Shown here piece after piece: positions 7,512 to 19,083 of a stretch of 64,000 bases of DNA (positions are counted from its first letter, which is position 1; each line of letters starts with the position of its first letter). The DNA lies in assembly GCA_052389315.1 (NCBI GenBank), contig JBQTIE010000033.1:27778-91777 (forward strand), read 5' to 3'. Source of the stretch: Acidobacteriota bacterium. Its GTDB lineage: Bacteria; Acidobacteriota; Vicinamibacteria; Vicinamibacterales; UBA2999. Under the pieces are notes generated by a model. That model searched no databases. It was not told where the DNA came from and saw nothing but the letters and a program-made list of their open reading frames with translations. The translations under genes were made by a program, and so were the position numbers.

Positions 7512-9989
7512 TCACCGCCGGGCCCCCAGATAAGCACACACCCGCAGCAGGTCCGCAAACACCCCGCCAGCCGTCACCGCCGGGCCAGCGCCGGGACCCT
7601 GCACGACGAGGGGGTTCCGGTCGTAGCGCGCCGTGAGGTATCGCACGACATTGTCGGTGAAGTTGATGTTCGCGAACGGGTGTGCCCGGTCGAGCTCCGT
7701 CAGGCCGACCGTGGCTCGTCTGGTGCGCGCGTCCAGCACACCGACGTAACGGAGGACGCGACCGGCCTGCCGCGCCGTGTCCAGTCGCGCGGCCATCGGG
7801 CCATCGAGGACTTCGGCACGGGCAAGGAACTCCTCAGCCGTCCCCCCGCCCATGCCCGGCGGGACGAGGCTTTCGATCGCCACCTCCTCGAGCGACAGGC
7901 GTAGTCCCATCTCGCGTCCCAGGATCACGAGCTTTCGGCCGACGTCCATGCCCGACAGGTCGTCGCGCGGGTCGGGCTCCGTATAGCCTTGCCGCCGCGC
8001 TTCGCGCAAGAGGCCCGAGAAGGGCCGGCTGCCATCCCACACGTTGAACAGGTACGACAAGGTGCCGGACAGGATGCCGTCAATCTGCCGAATCTCGTCG
8101 CCCGTCTCGCGCAGGTCGCGAAGCGTCTGTATCACCGGGAGCCCGGCGCCCACGGTCGCCTCGATCAGGTAGTGCGAGCCTGTGTGACTGCACGTCTCGA
8201 CCAGTTGCGCGTAGAGGCCCCAGTCTCCGCTGTTGGCGCGTTTGTTGGGCGTGACCACGTGCACCCCGTGCGAGAGCCAGCGCGGATACGAGCGGGCCAC
8301 CTCGGCACTGGCCGTGCAATCGATGATCACGGCGTGCGGGAGATGCTCGGCGTGCACGTGGGCCTCGAAGGCCGCGAGATCGGCAGGCCCTCCGCCGGCG
8401 AGCGCCTCTTTCCACACGGCCAGATCGAGCTCCCGGTCAGCGAGGACCATGCGGCGTGAATCGAGCAGGCCGCGCACGCGCAAGTCGAGGTTGAAGCGCT
8501 GACGCAGCCGATCAGCCTGCGAGGCGATCTGCTCGAGCAAGGCGCTTCCCACGAGGCCTGGTCCGATCAGCCCAATCGAGATGGTGTGCGGCGACAGGTA
8601 GAACCGCGAGTGCACCGCGCGCAGCGCACGGGTCGCCTGATGCGACTCGATGATGGCCGAGATGTTACGTTCCGACGCCCCTTGGGCGATGGCGCGGACG
8701 TTGACGCCGGCGCTCCCCAGCGCCCCGAAGACCTTGGCCGCCACTCCCGGCACCCCCTCCATCCCGTCGCCGACGACGGCCAGGATGCTGCAGTCGAGCG
8801 TGACGTCCACTCGCTGAATCTGACCGTTACCGAGCTCGCGTTCGAAGGCCTCGCGGACGACGCGCTCCGCCTCGGCCGCCTGCGCCATCGGGACGGCGAA
8901 ACAGATCGAGTGCTCCGAGCTGGCCTGTGAGATGAGTACCACCGAAATAGCGTGCTCACGAAGCGCGGCGAACAGGCGTTGCGCCGTACCGGGCACCCCG
9001 ATCATGCCCGCGCCTTCGAGATTGAGCAGCGCCATGTGGTCCACGCTGGTGATGCCCTTGACCAGGTCTGTTGCGTCCGGCTGCTGGCAGATGAGCGTCC
9101 CAGGAGCTTCGGGCCTGAACGTATTGCGAATCCGGATGGGAATCCGCCCGGCCACCGCGGGCGCCATGGTCTGCGGGTGCAGGACTTTGGCTCCGAAGTA
9201 CGCCAGCTCCATCGCCTCTTCGTACGACAGCGCGGCCACGAGCCGCGCATCGGGCACGCGTGAGGGGTCGGCGCTCAGGATCCCGTCCACGTCGGTCCAG
9301 ATGTGAATATCCGCGGCGCCGAGCAGGGCGCCGAAGATCGACGCGGAATAGTCGCTGCCGTTACGCCCGAGCGTGGTCTGCGACCCTTTCGCGTCGCGCG
9401 CGACGAAGCCGGGCACGATGAGGGTGATCGCCTCGTCCGCGGGCACTTGGAGCGCGGCCTGCCGACGCGACGCATCCCAGCGCACGCTGGGCCCGAGGGC
9501 CCCCGGTTCGACCTCGATGATGTCGCGTGCGTCGATCCAGACGGTGCGCCCGGCACGCCCACCCCGCTCGCGCAGGTAGGTGGCAAACAGCCGGCTCGAC
9601 CAGAGCTCCCCGAATCCCGCGACGACGTCGCGCACGACGGGCGACGCATCGCGCGTGAGCGCCACCGCGTCCAGAACGCCGTGGATATCACGGCAATCGG
9701 CGTCGAGCTGTGCCTGGTACTCCCCGGCCGAATCTCCGCTCAGCAGTGCGACGGCCATGTCGCGATGCCGCGTCCGGAGGCGCTCCAGATCGCCGGCGCC
9801 AGCCTGCCCGTGCGCCGCCGCCGCCACCAGCGCCAGCAGCGCGTCGGTGACCCCTCGGCTCGCCGACAAGACGACCGCGAGGCGCGGCGTGGCATCCGCT
9901 TCGAGAATGCTGGCGACACGTGTGAGGCAGCCGGCATCGGCCACGCTCGAGCCGCCAAACTTGTGAACACGAAATGCAGTGAGAGCCAT
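7512..9989 (-). CDS. thrA: bifunctional aspartokinase / homoserine dehydrogenase
   Basis: 825 aa. N-terminal aspartokinase (VHKFGGSSVADAG), central ACT-like region, C-terminal homoserine dehydrogenase (GLIGPGLVGSALLEQI ... VQGPGAGPAVTAGGVFADLL). Confidence 0.92.
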   Translation of the reverse strand: MALTAFRVHKFGGSSVADAGCLTRVASILEADATPRLAVVLSASRGVTDALLALVAAAAHGQAGAGDLERLRTRHRDMAVALLSGDSAGEYQAQLDADCRDIHGVLDAVALTRDASPVVRDVVAGFGELWSSRLFATYLRERGGRAGRTVWIDARDIIEVEPGALGPSVRWDASRRQAALQVPADEAITLIVPGFVARDAKGSQTTLGRNGSDYSASIFGALLGAADIHIWTDVDGILSADPSRVPDARLVAALSYEEAMELAYFGAKVLHPQTMAPAVAGRIPIRIRNTFRPEAPGTLICQQPDATDLVKGITSVDHMALLNLEGAGMIGVPGTAQRLFAALREHAISVVLISQASSEHSICFAVPMAQAAEAERVVREAFERELGNGQIQRVDVTLDCSILAVVGDGMEGVPGVAAKVFGALGSAGVNVRAIAQGASERNISAIIESHQATRALRAVHSRFYLSPHTISIGLIGPGLVGSALLEQIASQADRLRQRFNLDLRVRGLLDSRRMVLADRELDLAVWKEALAGGGPADLAAFEAHVHAEHLPHAVIIDCTASAEVARSYPRWLSHGVHVVTPNKRANSGDWGLYAQLVETCSHTGSHYLIEATVGAGLPVIQTLRDLRETGDEIRQIDGILSGTLSYLFNVWDGSRPFSGLLREARRQGYTEPDPRDDLSGMDVGRKLVILGREMGLRLSLEEVAIESLVPPGMGGGTAEEFLARAEVLDGPMAARLDTARQAGRVLRYVGVLDARTRRATVGLTELDRAHPFANINFTDNVVRYLTARYDRNPLVVQGPGAGPAVTAGGVFADLLRVCAYLGARR

Positions 9990-10002
9990 GGTGCGTCAGG
10001 CA

Positions 10003-10068
10003 CTCGCAGCCGGCTTCCACGCTCACGAAGAAGCCGAAGCGAGCTCAGGTGGTGGAACCGGTGGTCAT
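10003..10068 (-). promoter_or_regulatory. candidate thrA leader: 7-codon Thr-rich uORF (10068..10045, MTTGSTT-stop) followed by alternative hairpins (10043..10003)
   Basis: atg acc acc ggt tcc acc acc tga. Immediately downstream, ctcgc-tt-cggcttc pairs with gaagccg-gct-gcgag, and gctcgc can alternatively pair with gtgagc. Confidence 0.3.
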
Positions 10069-10124
10069 GGCCGCGAAGATGCGGCCGGGCAACCCAGTCG
10101 AAGGGCGCGGCGTGAGGGCAGTCG

Positions 10125-10199
10125 TGGAGCGGGAGACGGGGATCGAACCCGCGACCAACAGCTTGGGAAGCTGTGACTCTACCACTGAGTTACTCCCGC
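10125..10199 (-). tRNA. tRNA-Gly (anticodon CCC), CCA encoded
   Basis: The reverse complement folds as a cloverleaf: acceptor gcgggag/ctcccgc, anticodon arm acagc-ttCCCaa-gctgt, T arm gcggg-ttcgatc-cccgt. 75 nt. Confidence 0.9.
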
Positions 10200-10211
10200 T
10201 CAACACGCCCT

Positions 10212-10217
10212 ATTCTA
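10212..10217 (-). promoter_or_regulatory. candidate -10 hexamer TAGAAT, 12 nt upstream of the tRNA-Gly 5' end
   Basis: Plus-strand attcta at 10212-10217. Confidence 0.25.
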
Positions 10218-10276
10218 CCCCACTCGATCGGGCTCGACCCGCGAGCACGATCTTCCCCGCTCGCGCCCGCGGCCGG

Positions 10277-11248
10277 TCACGCCTGGGCGATCAGGTGGTC
10301 CTCGAACGCGTAGTCCACCGGCCGCCGGGGATGCGCCGTATACCACGCAAAGCCGTCCTGGAGCGACGCCTCCAGCGGCTCCGGGGTGACGCCAAGGATG
10401 CGGGCGGCCTTTTCGACCACGGAGGTGTGCGGCGGCAGATCGAGATACTCCCCGAAGTACAGATGTTCGCCCATCAACTGCCCACCGCCGCCGAGGATTG
10501 TCTCGCGCGGCACGCTCACGAACGTCGGCTCGAGCCCGGCGACGCGAGCCAGGGTCTCCACCCATGAACGCTGAGTCAGGCGCTCCTCGTGCGCGACGTT
10601 GAATGCCTCCCCTACCGCTTCGGACACATCGAGGGCGTGTACGCAGGCCTCGGCCACATCCCTCACGTAAGCCCACTGCATCAGCGCCTCGCCGCCCTCC
10701 GGCAGGATGATCGGCCGGCCATCGCGCAGGCGATCCCAGAAGAACTGCTCGCGATAGTACGGCTGTCGCGGTCCGTGCACGAACGGCGGCCGGAAGGTGA
10801 CGACCGGAAAGCCGGATTCGGCCCGCAACCGAAAGAGCGCCCGCTCAGCCGACGCCTTGTGCCGGACGTACGGAGTCGGGTCGTCATCAGGCGCCAGGGG
10901 ATTGCTCTCCCGGTGATCAAGCCCTGGCCCGTACGCCGCAATGCTCGACATGAAGATGTAGCGCTGCAGGCGGTCGCCGCAGCTTCGTGCCGCGGCCTCG
11001 ACGTGGGCAGCCGGGGTGCCTGCTTGAAAGTCGTAGGCCAGGTCGAAGACGGCTTCGAAGCGCTCGCGCTTCAACAAGGGCGAGATGGTGGCCAGGTCGC
11101 TCCGGTCGGCCTGCAGGTTCCGTACTTCAGGGCTGAGATCGTGGTGATCGCGTCGATGGAGGACCGCGACGTCGTAGCCTCGCTCGACGAGGCGCTCCAC
11201 GATCGCCCGCCCCATGAAGAGCGTGCCCCCGATGACCAGCGTCCGCAT
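10277..11248 (-). CDS. NAD-dependent epimerase/dehydratase family protein
   Basis: MRTLVIGGTLFMGRAIVERL Rossmann start. Start set at the third Met of the ORF (11248); Met at 11260 is also possible. Confidence 0.85.
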   Translation of the reverse strand: MRTLVIGGTLFMGRAIVERLVERGYDVAVLHRRDHHDLSPEVRNLQADRSDLATISPLLKRERFEAVFDLAYDFQAGTPAAHVEAAARSCGDRLQRYIFMSSIAAYGPGLDHRESNPLAPDDDPTPYVRHKASAERALFRLRAESGFPVVTFRPPFVHGPRQPYYREQFFWDRLRDGRPIILPEGGEALMQWAYVRDVAEACVHALDVSEAVGEAFNVAHEERLTQRSWVETLARVAGLEPTFVSVPRETILGGGGQLMGEHLYFGEYLDLPPHTSVVEKAARILGVTPEPLEASLQDGFAWYTAHPRRPVDYAFEDHLIAQA

Positions 11249-11255
11249 TCGGCGA

Positions 11256-11261
11256 ATCATA
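11256..11261 (-). promoter_or_regulatory. candidate -10 hexamer TATGAT, 7 nt upstream of ATG 11248
   Basis: Plus-strand atcata. The hexamer contains the alternative ATG at 11260, so this call and that start are mutually exclusive. Confidence 0.25.
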
Positions 11262-11338
11262 CTGCGGGCAGGGAGCACCGGCCCGAGAGAGCCGAGGCCC
11301 GGCTCGCCCGCCCCCAGGCATCCTGGTGCGACGCGTCC

Positions 11339-12976
11339 TCATGCATGCACGCCAGGCGCCTCGTGGCCGGTTCGCGCCACATAGTCGACGTAGGTGCCTG
11401 GGTACACGTGGGGCTCTGCGTCCGTACCGCTCTCTCCCCCAAGCTCGAGAACGCGAGTGCCCAGGCTGCGAAGGAAGCTGCGATCGTGCGAGACGAACAG
11501 CATGGTTCCCTCGAAGTCCGTCAAGGCATTCACCAGCATCTCTTTCGTCGCCAGGTCCAGGTGGTTCGTCGGCTCGTCGAGGACGAGGAAGTTCGGCGGA
11601 TCGTAGAGCAGACGCGCGAGCGCCAGCCGCGTCTTTTCACCCCCCGAAAGGGCTCGCACTTTCTTGTCGATTTCTTCGCCGGAGAACTGGAAGGCCCCGG
11701 CCAGGGTCCGGAGTACGCCCAGGCCGTCGTGCGGAAAATCGTGCTCGAGCTGCTCGATCACCGTGAGGGCGGGGTTCAGCACGTCGAGCGACTGCTGGGC
11801 GAAGTAACCCAGCTTGACACTCGCGCCAAGCCTTACCTGGCCCGAGTCGGGCGGAAGGACGCCTGCGACGATTCTGAGCAGGGTCGTCTTGCCGGCGCCG
11901 TTCCGCCCCATCACTGCCCAGCGCTCGCCACGCCGGATGGTCAAGTCGAGCCCGTCGTAGATCACGCGCCGCCCGTACGCCTTCCGCACGTCCTCGAGTA
12001 CGGCCACCTGATCGCCCGACCGCGGCGGCGTTCGAAAGTCGAACTTCACGACGCAGCGCTTCTTCGGCAGTTCTATCTTCTCGATCTTGTCGAGCGCCTT
12101 GATGCGGCTCTGCACCTGTGCGGCCTTGGCGGCATGTGTCTGGAAGCGATCGATGAACCGCTGCTCCTTGGCCAGCATCGCTTGTTGCCGTGCATACGCC
12201 GCCTCGCGATTGGCCTCGCGCGTGGCGCGGTCCTGCTCGTAGAAATCGTAGTTGCCGGAATACACGGTGATCTCGCCGCTGTCAATCTCCGCCACTTTCG
12301 TGACGATGCGGTTCATGAAGTCGCGGTCGTGCGAGGTCATGAAGAGCGCTCCGGGTTGCGCTTTCAGGAACTGCTCGAGCCAGACGATCGACTCGATGTC
12401 CAGATGGTTGGTCGGCTCGTCCATCAGCAGCACCTCTGGCCGGCCCAGCAGCACTCGTGCCATCGCCACGCGCATCTTCCAGCCGCCCGAGAGCACTCCC
12501 ACGTCGCCGTCGATGCGCTCGCCGTCAAAGCCGAGCCCGTGCAGGACCTCACGGGCTTGCGCCTCCAGACCGTAGCCGCCCTGGTGCGCATAGGCTTCCT
12601 GAACGTCGCCGAACCGGGCCAGGATGCGGTCCATGTCTTCCGCCTGCGCCGGGTCCGACATGGCGTGCTGCAGTCCTTCGAGCTCGTGGTGCAGATCGCC
12701 GAGACGCCCGCTCCCCGCAATGGCCTCGTCGAGCACCGAGCGACCGCTCATTTCCTCGACGTCCTGCCGGAAGTAACCGATGGTGAGCCTCTTCGGGACG
12801 GTGACCTCCCCGTCGTCTGGTCCCTCCTCGCCGACAATCATCCGGAACAGCGTCGTCTTGCCGGCGCCATTGGGGCCGACCAGCCCGACCTTGTCCCCGG
12901 GGTTGATCTGGAATGAGGCGTCGACAAAGAGAACCTGCCTGCCGTACTGCTTGCTGACGCTGGAAAAGGCGATCAC
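11339..12976 (-). CDS. ABC-F family ATPase (two ABC domains, no TM domain)
   Basis: Start set at GTG 12976 ([12 protein letters not shown]). Two Walker A sites ([18 protein letters not shown]) and two signatures ([16 protein letters not shown]). About 545 aa. Confidence 0.9.
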   Translation of the reverse strand: MIAFSSVSKQYGRQVLFVDASFQINPGDKVGLVGPNGAGKTTLFRMIVGEEGPDDGEVTVPKRLTIGYFRQDVEEMSGRSVLDEAIAGSGRLGDLHHELEGLQHAMSDPAQAEDMDRILARFGDVQEAYAHQGGYGLEAQAREVLHGLGFDGERIDGDVGVLSGGWKMRVAMARVLLGRPEVLLMDEPTNHLDIESIVWLEQFLKAQPGALFMTSHDRDFMNRIVTKVAEIDSGEITVYSGNYDFYEQDRATREANREAAYARQQAMLAKEQRFIDRFQTHAAKAAQVQSRIKALDKIEKIELPKKRCVVKFDFRTPPRSGDQVAVLEDVRKAYGRRVIYDGLDLTIRRGERWAVMGRNGAGKTTLLRIVAGVLPPDSGQVRLGASVKLGYFAQQSLDVLNPALTVIEQLEHDFPHDGLGVLRTLAGAFQFSGEEIDKKVRALSGGEKTRLALARLLYDPPNFLVLDEPTNHLDLATKEMLVNALTDFEGTMLFVSHDRSFLRSLGTRVLELGGESGTDAEPHVYPGTYVDYVARTGHEAPGVHA

Positions 12977-12985
12977 CGAACTTCC

Positions 12986-12991
12986 ATTATG
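12986..12991 (-). promoter_or_regulatory. candidate -10 hexamer CATAAT, 9 nt upstream of GTG 12976
   Basis: Plus-strand attatg at 12986-12991. Confidence 0.25.
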
Positions 12992-13261
12992 GTCGAGTCG
13001 CCCGAGGCACAGCAGGTCGACGAAAGCCGCTTGTTCTTTCACCGGTCTGCCAAGGCCTCGCGACGTTGACGGCTCGAGTTTCTTGCGGCACGCGCGGCGG
13101 GTGCCGTGCGGTCCTCCGGTGCACCAGGTGCCGTGGATGGGGTGCGGCCGGGTTCGTCCGGCGCGCGCAGTACCGCGGCTGCCCCAGGATCGAAGAGTGC
13201 TCTGTCGGGGTCGTCGGGGCTTTCGGGATCGGCGGCCGCGCGAGCGGCGGCGCGTGGTCGT

Positions 13262-13429
13262 CAAGGACTGCCGATGGACGAACCGCGCGCCAGATCGCCG
13301 AAGCGTTGGAGGCTGCGCACGATCAGGGTGTTATCCACCGCGATCTCAAGCCCGCGAACGTCAAGATTCGGACCGACGGGATGGGTGAAGGTGCTCGATT
13401 TCGGGCTCGCAAAGGCCGTTGAACCTACG
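13262..13429 (+). pseudogene. Ser/Thr kinase remnant, catalytic-loop to DFG part (paralogue of the gene at 13845)
   Basis: Spread over two frames: GLPMDE / [32 protein letters not shown] / [11 protein letters not shown]. The intact gene has [32 protein letters not shown] (26 of 32 identical) and [12 protein letters not shown]. Ends in taa tag. Confidence 0.7.
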
Positions 13430-13432
13430 TAA

Positions 13433-13592
13433 TAGACCCTCTTGGGGTCGGTGGCCACATGGGCCGCGCTCTCCGGGAGCTCCAGCCCGATGATACGCAA
13501 AAGCGTCGCTGAAATCCTTGATGACCCAGAATGATGCCGGCCTGCGTGGCGTGCAGCGACAAGGTCGGCGACTCCGTGTCCGCTGCAGGCAT
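13433..13592 (-). pseudogene. inverted continuation of the same kinase remnant (activation loop to APE region)
   Basis: The minus strand encodes SPTLSLHATQAGIILG (13571..13524), 15 of 16 identical to SPTLSMHATQAGIILG of the intact kinase. Weaker, frameshifted ..AY..PE..VYYVG similarity continues down to about 13433. Confidence 0.6.
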
Positions 13593-13827
13593 GGCGGAAG
13601 CGTGGCCTGAATCGTGACAATTGAAGCAAGTTTTTCGCTGGGCCATCGAAGATGGCCGCCCCGCCAGAGGCGAGGCAAGACAACACACTGGGACACTAGC
13701 GACGCGGAGCCGACGCGTCTCTCCCTCGCGGGTTTGAAGCGCCGCTTCGCGGGGCGACTGGCAGGCCAATCGGGTGTCCCACCCACCGTCTCGATCTGCC
13801 CCGGTCCTTTGCAGCGCCGTTCGCGAC

Positions 13828-13833
13828 TATAAT
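13828..13833 (+). promoter_or_regulatory. consensus -10 hexamer TATAAT, 11 nt upstream of kinase ATG 13845
   Basis: gcgacTATAATccggccaccctATG. No Shine-Dalgarno. Confidence 0.35.
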
Positions 13834-13844
13834 CCGGCCACCCT

Positions 13845-16601
<2,757 letters not shown>

Positions 16602-16759
16602 CATGCGGTCATCAGTAACCGGCCGACCGTCCACGGCCAACGGTCCACAGTCCCAAGTCGCCGGTTTCCCCACCCGATAAGGCCGACGTCACGGTCTTCC
16701 ACTCCTGCTTCGTGGGGTGAACTGGGCCTGCGGCGGCCAGGATCGTTGTCGTACACGAC

Positions 16760-17132
16760 GTGTTACATCGTATTCATGGGTCCGTCGCGGCCGCCCTCGA
16801 GGGGTTGACCGGCCTGATGTGCACCACGTCCGCCGTGGTGACCGAAGCCATGCACCTGCTCCAGGATGCCGCGTCCGGTCCCCGGCGACTGGTGGAGTTC
16901 CTGTCAGGCCGCGCGTGTGCAGGTGTTCGACTGCACGGACGTCCATCGGATTGCCGCTGCCGTCGTGCTGATGGAGAAGTACGCTGACACGCCCATGGAC
17001 TTCGCCGATGCGACGCTCATGCAGCTTGGCGACGACCTGGACGTTCGTCGCATCCTCACTCTGGATCGCCGAGGTTTTTCGACCTACCGCTCGCGCAGCG
17101 GGAGGCCTTTTCAGATCCTTCCCGGCCGCTGA
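16760..17132 (+). pseudogene. PIN-domain (VapC-like) toxin gene, N-terminally truncated and frameshifted
   Basis: Frame A gives ..CTTSAVVTEAMHLLQDAASGPRRLVEFLSG. Frame B gives VQVFDCTDVHRIAAAVVLMEKYADTPMDFADATLMQLGDDLDVRRILTLDRRGFSTYRSRSGRPFQIL. The frames switch at about 16907-16920, in a gcgcg run. Confidence 0.65.
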
Positions 17133-17155
17133 CGTGGCAGCCATGCGGCGCTGCC

Positions 17156-17824
17156 TCACTTGATGACGACGCCCGCGCCAGCCGTAACCAGGGTCGCGCG
17201 TGGGGCCCCGGGGTGTGTCGGCGAGGCGGCCACCAGACTGAGCTTGTGCCACCGCAGGTCGAAGCCAACGCCCAGGTGGTCGCTGATCATCCACCGCGCG
17301 CCGCCACCGAAGTTCAGCGTCTTCACCCAAGCCGAATCGAGCGGCGTGAACGTAATCGCGCTTGGTGGGAGAACGGCCTCGCTCTGGACTCGCGTCTGCC
17401 CCAGGCCGGCGCTCAGGTAGCTCCAGCCGAGCGAGTGGCCAAAGTTGAGCGAGAGCTGCGGCACGATGCCCGTCAGCCGAGTGGTCAGGTCGGGAATCGT
17501 CCGCGGGGGCGGAGGCGTCGAGCCCTCGGCCACCAGCGGGGACGTCGTCCCGCGCGCGAAGAGCCAGGTGGCGCCGACGCCAAGGGCCCCGCCGCGGAAT
17601 CGAAAGACGTAGTAATGAGCCCCAAGATCAAGCCCCAGCGACCGCGCCGGCGCCTCCGTGCCAAGGGGTACCACGGGCGTCCAGCCTTCCATGGTGGGGA
17701 GCCCGGCCGACGCCCCGCGTACATCGACGACGATGCCCTCGATCGGACCCTTCGGCTGCGCGAGCCCCGTACCCGCCGCCGCCAGCTGAACGACGACGGC
17801 GAGCACGACACCACGCAGCCTCAT
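17156..17824 (-). CDS. outer-membrane beta-barrel protein (small OMP family)
   Basis: Signal peptide MRLRGVVLAVVVQLAAAGTGLAQ. Alternating beta-strand pattern. C-terminal aromatic-type ending (..TAGAGVVIK). Confidence 0.65.
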   Translation of the reverse strand: MRLRGVVLAVVVQLAAAGTGLAQPKGPIEGIVVDVRGASAGLPTMEGWTPVVPLGTEAPARSLGLDLGAHYYVFRFRGGALGVGATWLFARGTTSPLVAEGSTPPPPRTIPDLTTRLTGIVPQLSLNFGHSLGWSYLSAGLGQTRVQSEAVLPPSAITFTPLDSAWVKTLNFGGGARWMISDHLGVGFDLRWHKLSLVAASPTHPGAPRATLVTAGAGVVIK

Positions 17825-18117
17825 CCGCGGCCCTTGTTCTTGTTGGCCCAGTATTTCTTCATGCGCTCCGACACGGCCTTCTTCTCGGCCGCGGTCATCT
17901 TGCGGCGACGGCGACGGGCTTTCTTCGGGCCGCTCGAATCGGCGCGAGCCGCGGCGGTCGGTTTTGCAGGCTTTAGGCCTCCCTTTGCGCTCCTCGAAGC
18001 CAGATCTGGAAAAGCGGCGAGGATGGCGGACTGTTCGTGGCGGAGCTCTTCGAGTCTGGCAGCGGCGCCAAGCCGGGTCAACGACTTCAATTGTTCACGA
18101 GTGAGTTCTGTAGGCAC
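17821..18117 (-). CDS. small basic hypothetical protein (helical N-terminus, Arg/Lys-rich C-terminus)
   Basis: 98 aa. KKARRRRRKMTAAEKKAVSERMKKYWANKNKGRG tail. Its stop overlaps the start of the downstream OMP gene (ATGA). Confidence 0.55.
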   Translation of the reverse strand: MPTELTREQLKSLTRLGAAARLEELRHEQSAILAAFPDLASRSAKGGLKPAKPTAAARADSSGPKKARRRRRKMTAAEKKAVSERMKKYWANKNKGRG

Positions 18118-18161
18118 GCGAGTCCTCCGGGGGGGTGATGGTGGAACACGAAGCTTCGAGT

Positions 18162-19034
18162 CTAATACGTTGACGGCTTGACCGGGGCCGCCGAAGCTTC
18201 GCCCCGTGATTCCTTGACGATGCGCACCCCGGCGCTGGCACCCACGCGCGTGGCTCCGGCGGCGACCATGGCCTTCACCTGCTCGAGGTCGCGCACGCCG
18301 CCAGCGGCCTTGACGCCCACCGTGTCGCCGACGACCCGACGCATCAACGCGACGTCGGCGACGGTCGCGCCGCCTGGTCCGAAGCCGGTGGACGTCTTCA
18401 CGAAATCCGCGCCGGCGGCCTTGGTCAGCGTCGAGGCGGTCACCTTCTCCTCATCGGTCAGCAGCGCCGCTTCGATGATCACCTTGCTCACCACGCCAGC
18501 CTGCCGGCACGGCACGGTCACCGCCTCGATGTCCTGCTCCACGAGCCGAAGGTCGCCCGATTTGAGAGCACCGACGTTGATCACCATGTCGATCTCGGTT
18601 GCGCCATCGAAGATCGCGCGCCTCGTCTCGTACTGTTTGACGTCGGGCGTTGTCGCGCCTAGCGGGAAGCCGACCACGGAGCACACGCCGACGCCGGAGC
18701 CGCGCAGCAGCCGCGCGGCGAATGCGACCCATGTAGGGTTGACGCACACCGTGGCGAAATGGAACTCCGCGGCTTCCCGGCACAGCTTCTCGACATCCGT
18801 GCCGCTCGCCTCGGGTTTGAGCAGCGTGTGGTCGATGAGGCCGGCCACTTCCCCAGCGCCGCCGCCAGCCGCGTGGAGCCCGAGTCGCGAGGCGCCGGCG
18901 GCGAGCACGCCGCCCACCTGCTGCGGGCAGCAGTCGAATGCAAAGCCGTGGCACGCACAGCGGGCGGGCGCGACCGCGCCGGCTGCGGCCAGCTCCTGCA
19001 GAATGATGTCGATGACTCGCTTGATGTCGGTCAA
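18162..19034 (-). CDS. deoC: deoxyribose-phosphate aldolase with a 62-aa N-terminal extension
   Basis: Core [12 protein letters not shown] ... ATVCVNP ... [16 protein letters not shown] ... GVKAAGGVR. Start placed at TTG 19034; GTG 18848 would give a canonical-length protein. Confidence 0.85.
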   Translation of the reverse strand: MTDIKRVIDIILQELAAAGAVAPARCACHGFAFDCCPQQVGGVLAAGASRLGLHAAGGGAGEVAGLIDHTLLKPEASGTDVEKLCREAAEFHFATVCVNPTWVAFAARLLRGSGVGVCSVVGFPLGATTPDVKQYETRRAIFDGATEIDMVINVGALKSGDLRLVEQDIEAVTVPCRQAGVVSKVIIEAALLTDEEKVTASTLTKAAGADFVKTSTGFGPGGATVADVALMRRVVGDTVGVKAAGGVRDLEQVKAMVAAGATRVGASAGVRIVKESRGEASAAPVKPSTY

Positions 19035-19083
19035 CTGAAAGGAATCCGCCGGAGCCGTGCTCGACGGCTCCCTCGTGGGAATC

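Noticed and set aside
10589-12916. 775-aa plus-strand ORF
   Set aside because: Antisense shadow of the epimerase gene (10277-11248) and the ABC-F gene (11339-12976). No motifs, and an Arg/Ala/Gly-rich composition.
13433-13592. The inverted kinase fragment as an active invertible (phase-variation) switch or diversity-generating cassette
   Set aside because: There is no recombinase or reverse transcriptase nearby and no convincing inverted repeats at the breakpoints. The fragment is frameshifted and interrupted, and the flanking remnant lacks an N-lobe and a start codon. Passive decay is the simpler explanation.
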